From NCBI GenBank assembly GCA_963837955.1, contig CAWIPH010000002.1:3584001-3648000 (forward strand): DNA of 64,000 nt, in the 5' to 3' direction. This document shows, in pieces, positions 48,451 to 58,231 of this stretch (the stretch's first letter is position 1; each line of letters opens with the position of its first letter). The translations under genes and the position numbers were made by a program. Origin of the DNA: an uncultured Verrucomicrobiae bacterium. GTDB taxonomy: Bacteria > Verrucomicrobiota > Verrucomicrobiia > Chthoniobacterales > JAFAMB01. Under the pieces are notes generated by a model, which made no database searches, was not told where the DNA came from, and worked only from the letters and a program-made list of their open reading frames with translations.

Positions 48451-50339
48451 GCAATGATCGGGCGCTGATTCTTCGTCGCTGCTTCGTACAACTCGCGTGT
48501 CTTCCGCGTTTTCTCGAGCTCGCTCACCTCGGCCACCGGCACATCCCACCAAGTTCCCATTCCAGGCATGCGAGATTCGGGATCGACCGGCACGACGACG
48601 ACCGCGATGCGATCCGATTGCCGCGCCTGGACCAGCGCTTCCTTCACTTCTGCTGCCGTGGTCGCATAGAACGCCCGAGCACCCATCGATTCAGCATGCT
48701 TCGGGAAATCAATCGGAACATATGAGCCAGTCGGAGCCGCATTCCCGTTACCGCGAAATCGTAATTCGTTTCCGAAATCGGACACACCGACAGCTCGCTG
48801 AAGTCCGAGTATGCATTGATAACCATGGTTATCGACCAGCACGATCGTGATCCGGATACCTTCGGCCACGGCCGTCACAATTTCGGAATTCATCATGAGA
48901 TAAGAGCCGTCGCCCACCATCACGACAACCTCCCGCTCCGGATCAGCGAGTTTGGCGCCAAGACCACCGGCAATTTCGTAGCCCATGCATGAATAGCCGT
49001 ACTCCAAATGATAGGCCTTTGGATCCTCTGGTCGCCAGAGCCGGAGAAGCTCTCCGGGCAATCCGCCGGCCGCACAGACGACGGTGGCTTTTCCACCGAA
49101 GCTCTCGTTAACCAGTCCAATTACGGCGGTCTCTGCCAGCTTCCCGGGAGCATCTGTCTTGACCGTGCGGAGATCGGTCACCACCGCATCCCATTCCCTC
49201 TTTTGTGCGTGGACCTGGTCCCGGTAATCTGGCGACGTACCAGTATATCCGCTCTCTTTGAGAGCGCGATGCAAAGCAGCCACCGCACGCTTCGCGTCCG
49301 CCACGATCGGAAGGGCGTGCAATTTATGCACGTCCATCGGCGCAACGTTTATTCCAATGAAATGGACAGCCGGATTTTGAAAAGCTGATTTGGAAGCGGT
49401 AGTAAAGTCGCTTAACCGCGTTCCCAGGTTGATGATCAAATCGGCCTCATAGGCAAGTCGATTAGCTGCGGTTGAACCGTTCGATCCGATCGGACCAGCA
49501 TTCATTGGATGATTCCAATTTAGGACACCTTTCCCTGCCTGCGTCTCGGTGACCGGAATTCCAAACTCTTCGGCAAATCGCCGCAGTTCTTCGGTCGCCT
49601 CCGAGTAGATGGTGCCACCGCCCGAAATAATCAGTGGCTTTTTCGCCGACTTAATCAGCAGCGCCGCGGCCTCAAGAAGTTCCGGTTCCGGCACGGGTCG
49701 TCGCACGTGCCAGGTGCGTTCTTCAAAAAGCCCAACCGGATAATCATATGCTTCCGTTTGTACGTCTTCGGGTAACGCAATCGTGACTGCTCCGGTTTCG
49801 GCCGGATCGGTCAAAACTCGGAATGCTTCAGGCAAGCTGCCGATGAGTTGCTCGGGGCGGCTGATTCGATCAAAGAACCGGGAAACCGGTCGAAATGCAT
49901 CATTCACACTGACATCGCGTTCAGAAGGATGCTCGAGTTGCTGCAACACCGGATCGGGAATGCGGTTAGCGAAGTAGTCACTCGGCAATAGCAAGACCGG
50001 CAACCGATTCACGGTGGCGGCGGCCGCACCGGTTACCATGTTCGTGGCGCCCGGACCTATCGAAGTTGTACACGCGAAAGTGGCCAGACGATTGCGTTGT
50101 TTGGCGTAGGCCGCTGCCAGATGCACCATGGCTTGCTCATTCTGGGGCCGATAAAACCGGAGGCCTTCAGCGCCCGCTAATTCGGCCAAACCCTGGCCTA
50201 ACCCGCCAACATTGCCGTGACCGAAGATTCCCCAAAAGCCTTCAATGAATCGATGACGTTTCCCATCGCGTTCCACGAACTGGTTAGCGACGAAGCGGAC
50301 GAGGGCCTGACCGGCGGTGAGTCGAGTTACGCGATCCAT
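48447..50339 (-). CDS. iolD: 3D-(3,5/4)-trihydroxycyclohexane-1,2-dione acylhydrolase
   Basis: RLTAGQAL, GIFGHGNV, NEQAM, TSIGPGATNMVT, PDPVLQQ, AAGGLPG.L..LW, YHLEYGYSCMGYE and WWDVPV. Confidence 0.96.
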   Translation of the reverse strand: MDRVTRLTAGQALVRFVANQFVERDGKRHRFIEGFWGIFGHGNVGGLGQGLAELAGAEGLRFYRPQNEQAMVHLAAAYAKQRNRLATFACTTSIGPGATNMVTGAAAATVNRLPVLLLPSDYFANRIPDPVLQQLEHPSERDVSVNDAFRPVSRFFDRISRPEQLIGSLPEAFRVLTDPAETGAVTIALPEDVQTEAYDYPVGLFEERTWHVRRPVPEPELLEAAALLIKSAKKPLIISGGGTIYSEATEELRRFAEEFGIPVTETQAGKGVLNWNHPMNAGPIGSNGSTAANRLAYEADLIINLGTRLSDFTTASKSAFQNPAVHFIGINVAPMDVHKLHALPIVADAKRAVAALHRALKESGYTGTSPDYRDQVHAQKREWDAVVTDLRTVKTDAPGKLAETAVIGLVNESFGGKATVVCAAGGLPGELLRLWRPEDPKAYHLEYGYSCMGYEIAGGLGAKLADPEREVVVMVGDGSYLMMNSEIVTAVAEGIRITIVLVDNHGYQCILGLQRAVGVSDFGNELRFRGNGNAAPTGSYVPIDFPKHAESMGARAFYATTAAEVKEALVQARQSDRIAVVVVPVDPESRMPGMGTWWDVPVAEVSELEKTRKTRELYEAATKNQRPIIA

Positions 50340-50450
50340 AATTGGACATCCTTATCGAAAAGCCTGCAGGGGGGCTTGTTGAGATCTCGGTTAGACCTCC
50401 GAGAAGGGCTCTGTTCTGGGGATGAGTGGAGAGAACTCATGGGGTGCACA

Positions 50451-50499
50451 TCTTTCGTTTTCTTTCGTTCTGATATAGAAACGAAACTCGGCCAGTCAA
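50451..50499 (-). promoter_or_regulatory. Putative iol promoter/operator
   Basis: Inverted repeat TTTCGTT-N10-AACGAAA (50463-50486) plus tandem TCTTTCGTT, next to a minus-strand TTGACT hexamer (50499-50494). Confidence 0.5.
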
Positions 50500-50730
50500 G
50501 TAGATTTCCGCAAAAATCTGCTCCAACTCCAAGACAAGAAAGGATGGATTCACCATCTCGACGGCCGAAATCTGTTTCGACCGAGAGCGAACACCGACTT
50601 TTGATCTGAAACGAGGTTCTCAGGAGCGAGTTTGCCGGCGCTGCTAGCAAATTGGCGGAAAAAGAGCGGTAATGAACGTCCTCTAGCCGCATTCTAAATT
50701 CCAAATCCCAGACTCTAGACTCCGTCCCCG

Positions 50731-51417
50731 TCACACCTCCACACTCTGACCAGGCTCGAGAATGTGGATCTTCGCTCCTTTACCTTCAGCCAACCGAGCA
50801 AACTCTTTCGGGTCGCCGAATAGAGGCGGAAAGGTGCCATAATGAATCGGTACGACGGCTTTAGGGCGCAGGAATTCTACGGCTTTCGCGGCATCTTTCG
50901 GCCCCATCACGAAATGTTCGCCGATGGGCAAGAATGCGAGATCGATCGGGACATCGTCTCCGATCAGTTTCAGGTCGGAGAATAGCGCCGTATCGCCGGC
51001 GTGAAACACTACCTTATCCGCGGTCCGAATGATGACTCCGGCCGGTTCTCCAAGATAGATGGGGTTTCCGTCTTCTGCCATCACACTAGAGCTATGGATC
51101 GCCGGAGTGAACTTAACTGCTCCAAAGGGATACTTGCACCAACCCCCGTGGTTTTGCGCAGATACCTGGGCTCCTTGGTTCCCTAACCACAATGCCAATT
51201 CATAGGTGGATATCACGAGTGCGCCGGTTCGTTTGGCGATAGAAAGGGTATCACCTACGTGATCGCCGTGACCATGCGTGACCAGGATAAAATCAGGATC
51301 CAAGTCCTCCGCCTTTACCGCAGCCTTTGGATTCCCCGTCAAAAATGGATCGATCGCGATACGCGTATTATCAAATTCCAAGTAAACGGCGGCGTGCCCG
51401 AGAAAGGTCGCTTTCAT
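50731..51417 (-). CDS. Metallo-beta-lactamase-fold metal-dependent hydrolase (UPF0173-like)
   Basis: LGHA, IDPFL.GNP, THGHGDH, HSSS, HAGDT, LPIG and PIHY.TF. Confidence 0.9.
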   Translation of the reverse strand: MKATFLGHAAVYLEFDNTRIAIDPFLTGNPKAAVKAEDLDPDFILVTHGHGDHVGDTLSIAKRTGALVISTYELALWLGNQGAQVSAQNHGGWCKYPFGAVKFTPAIHSSSVMAEDGNPIYLGEPAGVIIRTADKVVFHAGDTALFSDLKLIGDDVPIDLAFLPIGEHFVMGPKDAAKAVEFLRPKAVVPIHYGTFPPLFGDPKEFARLAEGKGAKIHILEPGQSVEV

Positions 51418-51503
51418 GTACTTCACTAAGCGAAATAAACGCCTGAGCAAGCCGGAGATCATCATCGATCAGAATCCCCTCGGAGCCGACGAACATTGAC
51501 GTG

Positions 51504-51858
51504 AACGCCCACAATCGGTAGGGCGAACGCTTTTGCGTGAGCCGCTCAGAGGTTCCCGGCTCAAATAAATTTTCGCCCTACCGGCGCTGGATCAACGCCC
51601 ACGATCGGTAGGGCGAACGCTTTGCGTGAGCCGCTCAGGCGTTCCCGGCTCAAATAAATTTTTGCCCTACCGGCGCTGGAACAATGCCCACGATCGGTAG
51701 GCGCCTGGATCAACGCCCACGATCGGTAGGGCGAACGCTCTTGCGTGAGCCGCTCAGGCGTTCCCGGCTCAAATAAATTTTCGCCCTACCGGCGCTCGAT
51801 CAACACCCACGACCGGATAGGGTGAACGCTTTTGCGTGAGCCGCTCAGGGGTCTCCGG
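51504..51858. repeat. Tandem GTAG-type REP cluster (about 4 units of 89-90 bp, one internally deleted)
   Basis: ggtagggcgaa...ttcgccctacc units start at 51517, 51607, (51696 partial), 51725 and about 51815. Confidence 0.9.
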
Positions 51859-51872
51859 CCCGTCGGTCGATC

Positions 51873-53900
51873 TCAGCGACCCCGCGCGATTGAATGCGCG
51901 AGGTCTACGAAGAGGCGCATTGCAGCGAAGTTAGCAACCGCTTCTTTACTCACTGCTCGATCGAGCGGTAGGCCCTGGAACAGGCGTTTGACCGGCACCT
52001 CGAGTTTTTTTCCGTTCAGAGTGTGAGGAATCTCACTTACCGCGAATATTTCGTCCGGAACGTATCTTGGCGATAAATCATGTCGAATCTGATCTGATAT
52101 TTTCTGACGGAGCGCATCGTCAAGTTGTATCCCCTGCCGCAACACGACGAATAGCAATAGTTTATCGACACAATTGCTCTCTCCCAGCTGATATCCGGTC
52201 GTGTCGATCACCAAAGATTCCACTATCTCCGGCAATGCTTCGACTACCTGATAAAACTCGCTTGTTCCCATCCGCACACCTCCCCGATTCAGAGTTGAGT
52301 CGGATCGGCCATAAATAATGCACTGACCATCAGCTTCGCTGATCTCAATCCAATCTCCGTGTCTCCAGATACCAGGATAATGATCAAAATAGCTCGACCT
52401 GAAACGATGCCCGTCCGGGTCATTCCAGAAAAAGACCGGCATGCAAGGGAAGGGCGCGGTAATCACCAGTTCTCCGACGGCGTCTTTAATGGAGCGTCCT
52501 CCATCATCCCAAGCTTCGATCTTCGCACCTAATCCGCGGCACTGGAGCCTGCCTCTTTGCACCGGTAACGAGGGATTGGACAGGAGAAAAGCTGTGCAGA
52601 CATCTGTGCCACCGCTAACCGATCCAAGCCAGACATTTGGTTTCACTTGCTGGTATACCCAGTCAAAACCCTCAGGCGGGAGTGGCGCTCCGGTCGATCC
52701 GATAGCCCGGAGCTTCGAGAGTCCAAGTTGGCGTCCCGGTTGCAGACCGGCTTTTGCGCACGCCAAAAGGAACGGCGCGCTGGTTCCGAAGTAATCAATC
52801 GCTTCTTCGTCCACAAAGCGCCAGAGAACCGACAGATCCGGGTATTTCGGACTTCCGTCATAAAGAACCACGCAAGTCTGCAAAGCCAATCCGGAGATGA
52901 GGAAATTCCACATCATCCAGCCGGCGGTTGTGTACCAAAAATATCGGTCACCTTTCCGCAGATCGAGGTGGAGCGACAATGCCTTGAGATGCTCCAGCAG
53001 CATGCCCCCATGACCATGGACAATCGGCTTCGGAATTCCGGTCGTTCCGGACGAACACAGGATCCAAAGCGGATGATCGAATGAGACCGGTTCGAAATTG
53101 AGGACCGGCTCAGGCTCGGTCTCTCTGAGCCAATTAGTCCAGGTCTCCGATGGAAGCGTCAGTTTGGGCAAATCGGATTCCTGCTCTGAATCAACGGAAA
53201 GGAGAACGACCCGCTCTAACGAAGGCAGCTGACGAACAATTTCGCTTACTACCTCTCGACGATCATAGCATTTCCCACCGTAGTAATAGCCGATGGTGGC
53301 CAACAGCAATTTCGGCTCAATCTGCCGGAGCCTTTCCACAACTCCGTTGCTCGACAATTCGGGTGGGGAATTAGCCCAAATCGCGCCCAGGCTCGCGCAA
53401 GCCAGGCAAGCGATCACGGTCTCTGGACGATTTGGAAGAAAGCCGGCGACGCGATCGCCTTTTCGGACGCCCGCGACACGTAACGCCTTGGCTGCTCTGG
53501 CCACCGCGCCGGCTATTTCTGATCCCGTGAGTTCTTGGCGCTCAAAACCCTGTTGGGATTCGCCACGAAAGAGGATAGCCGGATTCGATCCGGTCTTCCT
53601 TAGCGAGTCGACCAGGTATTCCGCGTAGTTGAGCGTTGCTCCCGGAAACCACTTCGCTCCGTAGGGGCTATTGCCAATTAGCAGATCACTAGGCTCGGTA
53701 TTAAATCGGACACCAAAAAAGTCGGCGATCGAACGCCAGAACGGCCCGATCTCAGTGATCGACCAATGATAGAGATCATCGTAGGTCGGAAAAACTCTAC
53801 CACAGCTTTCGGCTAACCAAGTTTGGTAGCGAAGCAAATTGCTGCTGATCCGAAGAGCTTCCGGTGGTCGCCAAAGGATGTCCGATGCAGTCGGATTCAT
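51873..53900 (-). CDS. Acetoacetate--CoA ligase (acetoacetyl-CoA synthetase)
   Basis: WFPGATLNYAE, SSGTTG.PK.IVHGHGG, WMMWNF, SGGTD, WRHGD, GRSDSTLN..GVRMGT.E and GKKLEVPVK. Confidence 0.92.
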   Translation of the reverse strand: MNPTASDILWRPPEALRISSNLLRYQTWLAESCGRVFPTYDDLYHWSITEIGPFWRSIADFFGVRFNTEPSDLLIGNSPYGAKWFPGATLNYAEYLVDSLRKTGSNPAILFRGESQQGFERQELTGSEIAGAVARAAKALRVAGVRKGDRVAGFLPNRPETVIACLACASLGAIWANSPPELSSNGVVERLRQIEPKLLLATIGYYYGGKCYDRREVVSEIVRQLPSLERVVLLSVDSEQESDLPKLTLPSETWTNWLRETEPEPVLNFEPVSFDHPLWILCSSGTTGIPKPIVHGHGGMLLEHLKALSLHLDLRKGDRYFWYTTAGWMMWNFLISGLALQTCVVLYDGSPKYPDLSVLWRFVDEEAIDYFGTSAPFLLACAKAGLQPGRQLGLSKLRAIGSTGAPLPPEGFDWVYQQVKPNVWLGSVSGGTDVCTAFLLSNPSLPVQRGRLQCRGLGAKIEAWDDGGRSIKDAVGELVITAPFPCMPVFFWNDPDGHRFRSSYFDHYPGIWRHGDWIEISEADGQCIIYGRSDSTLNRGGVRMGTSEFYQVVEALPEIVESLVIDTTGYQLGESNCVDKLLLFVVLRQGIQLDDALRQKISDQIRHDLSPRYVPDEIFAVSEIPHTLNGKKLEVPVKRLFQGLPLDRAVSKEAVANFAAMRLFVDLAHSIARGR

Positions 53901-54156
53901 GAGGTGTGTCGCGCCAGTCTGCAGCGTCTTTAACGAACATCCTAGCCGAAACATCCCAGAAATTCCAGATTCCGGAGGAGTACGAGTGGCTAGAGAATGA
54001 CAGCCGATGAGCGACCTACGGTTCCAACACGTTGGAGGACTTGCAGATACTTGCCCGATCTTGAGCGGGCCGGTTTGAGGTTGTAATCGGACAACGCTTC
54101 GTAGTAGCACTGGCGGAAATGGAGCTGATCCTCATATCCCTGCTGTTCTTGGTGCG

Positions 54157-54606
54157 ATGACCTCCACTCCTATGATCAAAGCCACTGGTAAACCAGGGAA
54201 ATTGGAATTAACGGCCAACGGAGCCCCGGTCACGTCGTTGCGAGATGATGAAATGTCCTTCCAGCTGGGCGAAAAGATTTTTACCATTACCCGCAAAGGA
54301 GTCGTCGGTCCGAAATTCGAATTGTGGTCAGGGAACAATCTAACTGTTTCACTCAAACAAATACCTTTCCTAAATCGATATTCCGTGACCTATGCAGGTC
54401 AGGTATGGACCCTGAAGGCCATGGGATTCACCGAGAAGAATTACCGCCTCTACCGAGACGCGGAACAAGTCGGCAGAGTTTCAACAAGCTATTTTAATCC
54501 CTACAAGGAGATTCTCATCGACCTGCCGGGCGAACTTCCGATGGAAGCGCAGGCGTTTGTCATGTGGTTGATTTTGCGGAACTGGAGCGACACTAGCAGC
54601 GGCTAA
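54157..54606 (+). CDS. Hypothetical protein (beta-rich, tubby/LURP-one-like by appearance)
   Basis: 149-aa ORF with a beta-strand pattern and a C-terminal hydrophobic helix. Confidence 0.55.
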   Translation: MTSTPMIKATGKPGKLELTANGAPVTSLRDDEMSFQLGEKIFTITRKGVVGPKFELWSGNNLTVSLKQIPFLNRYSVTYAGQVWTLKAMGFTEKNYRLYRDAEQVGRVSTSYFNPYKEILIDLPGELPMEAQAFVMWLILRNWSDTSSG

Positions 54607-54672
54607 GGCTCTTCACCCAAAAGACTCAAAACGCGGCATTCAGCAGCCTACTGGTCAAATCGGCAGGTCGCG

Positions 54673-55614
54673 TCAGTTCGGATCTGAGAGTCGTCGTCTG
54701 AGGAGCTCGCTGTTGCGTCGACCAATGACTTCCCGTGCCCGCTCGGGAGACCAAGCGTAAAATCCTTTGCCCGAGCGCAGCCCAACGTCTCCGGCTACAA
54801 CGCGCGAACGCATTAGTTCCAAAACGTCCTCGTCTTTGGCGAGTTCTGGCATCAAGTGCGAGGCTATCGCCAGAAAAGTATCCAGACCGCCAAGATCAGC
54901 AGTTTCTATCGGCCCGACTGTCGTGTACCGGCGACCGAGAGATGCCTTCATCACCGTATCGACTGCTTCCGGCGTAGCTGCCCCGGAACGGACTATAGCA
55001 AGCGCCTCACGGAGGATCGCATACTGCAGGCGATTACCGATAAACCCGGGAATTTCCTTTTCGACCAACACCGGCTCGGCTCGAATTGCGCGCAGCAGCC
55101 CAATTGTTCGCTCGACGACCTCCCGCGATGTGCGCTGGGATGGCACCACCTCTACCAAAGGAACCCCATGAGGCGGATTCCAGAAATGTGCAACGATGAA
55201 ACGTTCGGGATGCACCAGAGATTCCGAAAGCTTCGAAGGCATGAAACCCGAGGTATTGCTGGCCAGGATCGCCTGCTTTTCCATCACGGTCTCTAGTTCC
55301 CGATAAAGCGTCTGCTTGATCTCGAGCACCTCTGGGACGGCTTCAACAATGAATTCAGCGTCCTTGAGTTCGGCGAGGTTAGAAACCGGTTTCACCCGAG
55401 TCGATGTCTCCGTCCCTGAAAGGCAAGTCAAACCCGCTGTGCGCAATTCTTCGCAGATCTCAGCGATTCGTTCTCTGGCCTCTTTGAGCCGCTTCTCATC
55501 TTGGTCGAACAGAGCAACCTTGTGACCGGCGGCTACAAACACTGCCGCGATACCTGAACCCATCAGGCCCGTACCGACAACGCCAACAAGAGAGATCTGC
55601 GCAGAATACTCCAT
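54673..55614 (-). CDS. 3-hydroxyacyl-CoA dehydrogenase family protein
   Basis: GTGLMGSGIA, EAVPE, ASNTS, HFWNPPH..PLVEV and GFIGNRLQ. Confidence 0.88.
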   Translation of the reverse strand: MEYSAQISLVGVVGTGLMGSGIAAVFVAAGHKVALFDQDEKRLKEARERIAEICEELRTAGLTCLSGTETSTRVKPVSNLAELKDAEFIVEAVPEVLEIKQTLYRELETVMEKQAILASNTSGFMPSKLSESLVHPERFIVAHFWNPPHGVPLVEVVPSQRTSREVVERTIGLLRAIRAEPVLVEKEIPGFIGNRLQYAILREALAIVRSGAATPEAVDTVMKASLGRRYTTVGPIETADLGGLDTFLAIASHLMPELAKDEDVLELMRSRVVAGDVGLRSGKGFYAWSPERAREVIGRRNSELLRRRLSDPN

Positions 55615-55712
55615 AAGGAAATCCGAAAGAAGGTAAGATGAAGGCAGCCTATTTTCGCTCCGGCTGAAGTCAACCGTCGACACCAATTCATCGGGCTGAT
55701 GGATTCGCGCGG

Positions 55713-56150
55713 TCAGCCACGGCGCCGGCCGAGGACAAATACACCATCCCGATAATGGAAACCCTGGCGGAGGAAAATAATGACCGTGGAGGTGAAGACG
55801 ATTGGAGCTGGCCAGATCGTCAGCCAAAGCAGCGGCTCTGCGCTGTAGGCAGCCTTAACTACACCCAAAGCCACGAGCACAGAGCAGACGATCCAAACAC
55901 ACGCCTCGATGGTAAGACTACCGCACTGAGCTGCTGACCTGCCTTTTTTGCTGCAATAGCCAATGACTTCGGCGGGAGCGGTCCTTGATCGTACCTCGCG
56001 TTTTTGCCTTTGTCGCTGATTCCAGAGGACCGAAAAAGGCTTAATCAGAGACAAATCATTCCTTTCCGATTCAGGACCCGCTTGGAACAACCTTCGGAGC
56101 CCCGCTTTCGCCCCTTCGGCATCTAATATTAGGCTGATGTAGGAGTTCAT
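55713..56150 (-). CDS. Hypothetical membrane protein
   Basis: 145-aa ORF with two C-terminal hydrophobic segments. No recognised family. Confidence 0.4.
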   Translation of the reverse strand: MNSYISLILDAEGAKAGLRRLFQAGPESERNDLSLIKPFSVLWNQRQRQKREVRSRTAPAEVIGYCSKKGRSAAQCGSLTIEACVWIVCSVLVALGVVKAAYSAEPLLWLTIWPAPIVFTSTVIIFLRQGFHYRDGVFVLGRRRG

Positions 56151-56449
56151 TTTGTGGGTGTCGCATTTCTAAGAGTGCGCCCGCTAAAGCAGTCCTACCT
56201 GATTACACGTAGGGCTCCCAATTGAACGCTGCGAGGAACGTATTCCGGGGGAGTGACAACACTATGTCAGTAGACCTGGATTTGATCCCTCTCCTCTGAA
56301 AGTCTCTAAAAGTGCCGGTTCCCGTACGACGTAAATTGGCCTCATCGTTTTCTGGTTGACGCAGAGATGATCACGCTATTGCGGGAAGACTTTGACCTCC
56401 GTTTTGACATCGCCTGCGAAACGGTTTTCACGTAATCTCCGAATTCCCT

Positions 56450-57838
56450 ATGTCCGATGCTCCTGTTACTCCCCCTTCCGGATTGACTCAGGAAAGGAAC
56501 ATCCTGAATCGAATCACCGCGTTTTTCGTGTACCTGTTCGAACGGATAACGCCCGATCCATATATTTTTGCGGTTGTCCTAACTATCGTGACCGCTCTGC
56601 TTGCTGCAGCGCTCGCACCGAAAGGCTCTGCGCCGGAAATTCTTAGCGGGTGGTACACCGGGCTGTTCGAGATACTCGCGTTCGCTTTTCAGATGGTCCT
56701 GGTCTTGGTCACGGGCTACGCTCTCTCCAATTCTCGTCCGGTTCGCCGGTTTCTCGACTGGCTGGCTTCTCTGCCGAAAAGTCGAAGCGCTGCCATCGTC
56801 CTAACGATCGTAGCGGTGATGATCACCAGTTTCGTAAATTGGGGCTGCGGTCTGGTCGTCGCCGGTCTGCTTTCTCGCGAAATCGCTAAGCGGATGCGCA
56901 TCGACTTCGGCTGGCTCGTTGCCGGCGCATATAGCGGGTGGATCATTTGGGCGAGCGGGTTCTCCAGTTCGATCGCGTTAGCCCAAGCGACGCCTGGCTC
57001 AGCGTTGAATCTAGTGCAAAAGGTAACCGGCCAGATCATACCACTTGGTGACATGATTTTTGCGCCCTTCAATTGGGTGCCCGTAGTTGTTCTACTCATT
57101 CTGCTGCCACTTCTTTATTGGGCGATTCAGCCCACGGAGCGAGACACCGTAGCGGCTGACTCCGAAAGGCTGAAGGCAGAAGACATTATAGCTCCCTCGA
57201 GCCAGGAGAATCCGACCATCGCGCGCCGTTTAGAGCACGCCTGGATTTTGAATTTAATTCTAGTCGGAGCCGGGATAGCGGTCCTGGCAATCAACTGGTC
57301 CAAAACCGGCCCTACGCTCGATATAAATTCAGTGATATTTCTTTTTTTACTGGCTGGATTGCTGCTGCACTGGACTCCAATCAACTATGTCCAGGCCGTT
57401 AACCAAGCTGCGCGAGTGACCGGTCCGTTAATTCTTCAATATCCCCTTTACGGTGGGATCATGGGAATCATGAAAGCGACCGGATTAGCGGATGTGATTG
57501 CGAAAGCTTTTGTTAGTTTTTCCTCCGCCCACACTCTTCCTTTTTGGAACTTCATAGCTTCGATCATCATCAGTCTTTTCATCCCAAGTGGCGGCGGACA
57601 TTGGGCCGTCCAAGGCACGTTCACCGTGAAAGCTGCGGCTGAATTGCACGCGTCGCAGGCAGCGACCGCCATGGCTGTTGCCATGGGTGAACAAGTGGCA
57701 AACATGATCCAACCGTTCTGGGCCCTTCCGGTACTCGCTATCGCCGGCATTAGTCTACGCCGCGTAATGGGATTTACCGTAATGTCGTTTTTGATCGGTG
57801 CGGTGGTGTTCGGGTTGGCGCTGTTGCTGTTGGTTTGA
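56450..57838 (+). CDS. atoE: Short-chain fatty acid transporter (AtoE family)
   Basis: PDPYIFA, FAFQM.L.LVTG, NWG.GLV, QYPLYGGIMG, PSGGG.WAVQ and NMIQPFWALP. Confidence 0.9.
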   Translation: MSDAPVTPPSGLTQERNILNRITAFFVYLFERITPDPYIFAVVLTIVTALLAAALAPKGSAPEILSGWYTGLFEILAFAFQMVLVLVTGYALSNSRPVRRFLDWLASLPKSRSAAIVLTIVAVMITSFVNWGCGLVVAGLLSREIAKRMRIDFGWLVAGAYSGWIIWASGFSSSIALAQATPGSALNLVQKVTGQIIPLGDMIFAPFNWVPVVVLLILLPLLYWAIQPTERDTVAADSERLKAEDIIAPSSQENPTIARRLEHAWILNLILVGAGIAVLAINWSKTGPTLDINSVIFLFLLAGLLLHWTPINYVQAVNQAARVTGPLILQYPLYGGIMGIMKATGLADVIAKAFVSFSSAHTLPFWNFIASIIISLFIPSGGGHWAVQGTFTVKAAAELHASQAATAMAVAMGEQVANMIQPFWALPVLAIAGISLRRVMGFTVMSFLIGAVVFGLALLLLV

Positions 57839-57839
57839 G

Positions 57840-58219
57840 GTTCTACAGGAGGACGCGGAGAAAGATTTTTGAACAAAGAGATCGCTAAGGTCTCAGAGAG
57901 TAGTCTGGTTCGAATAGTCCTCTGCGGCGGAAGAGTTTCAACTCTACGGTATCACAAAGGTGCTCGCCGCCGAAGATTCTCGTCGTCCTCGTGCTCGTCG
58001 TCGTCCTCGAATTGTGTCTTACCCGTCATAGGGCGAAAAACGGGCGGCAAAGTAGCCTGATGCTCAAGCCTCAGGAAACTGACGCGCTGCCAGCCTGGGG
58101 TTCGACCGAACTTTTACGGACGCATTGCGCGCAGGGACCTGAGGCTGGCGCATCAGGTACACTCTGAGACCTTCGCGATCTCTTTGTTTAAAATCTTTCT
58201 TCGCGTCCTCCTGTAGAAC
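57840..58219. repeat. MITE-like element with about 63-bp imperfect terminal inverted repeats
   Basis: gttctacaggaggacgcg...aacaaagagatcgc.aaggtctcagag (57840-57902) pairs with 58158-58219. There is an internal second IR and a ctcgtcgtc run. Confidence 0.8.
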
Positions 58220-58231
58220 TCGCGTCCCGAT

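Noticed and set aside
50327..50734. ORFs 50327-50734 (-) and 50217-50609 (+)
   Set aside because: They span the iol promoter region and heptamer repeats, and their composition is not protein-like.
51504..51858. Possible CRISPR array (also 25284-25498 and 37937-38142)
   Set aside because: Whole 89-90-bp units repeat with no unique spacers, and there are no cas genes. These are REP-like tandem repeats.
53901..54156. N-terminal extension of the acetoacetate-CoA ligase or a gene remnant
   Set aside because: The extension is not family-like (the likely start is ATG 53900), and no recognisable remnant appears in other frames.
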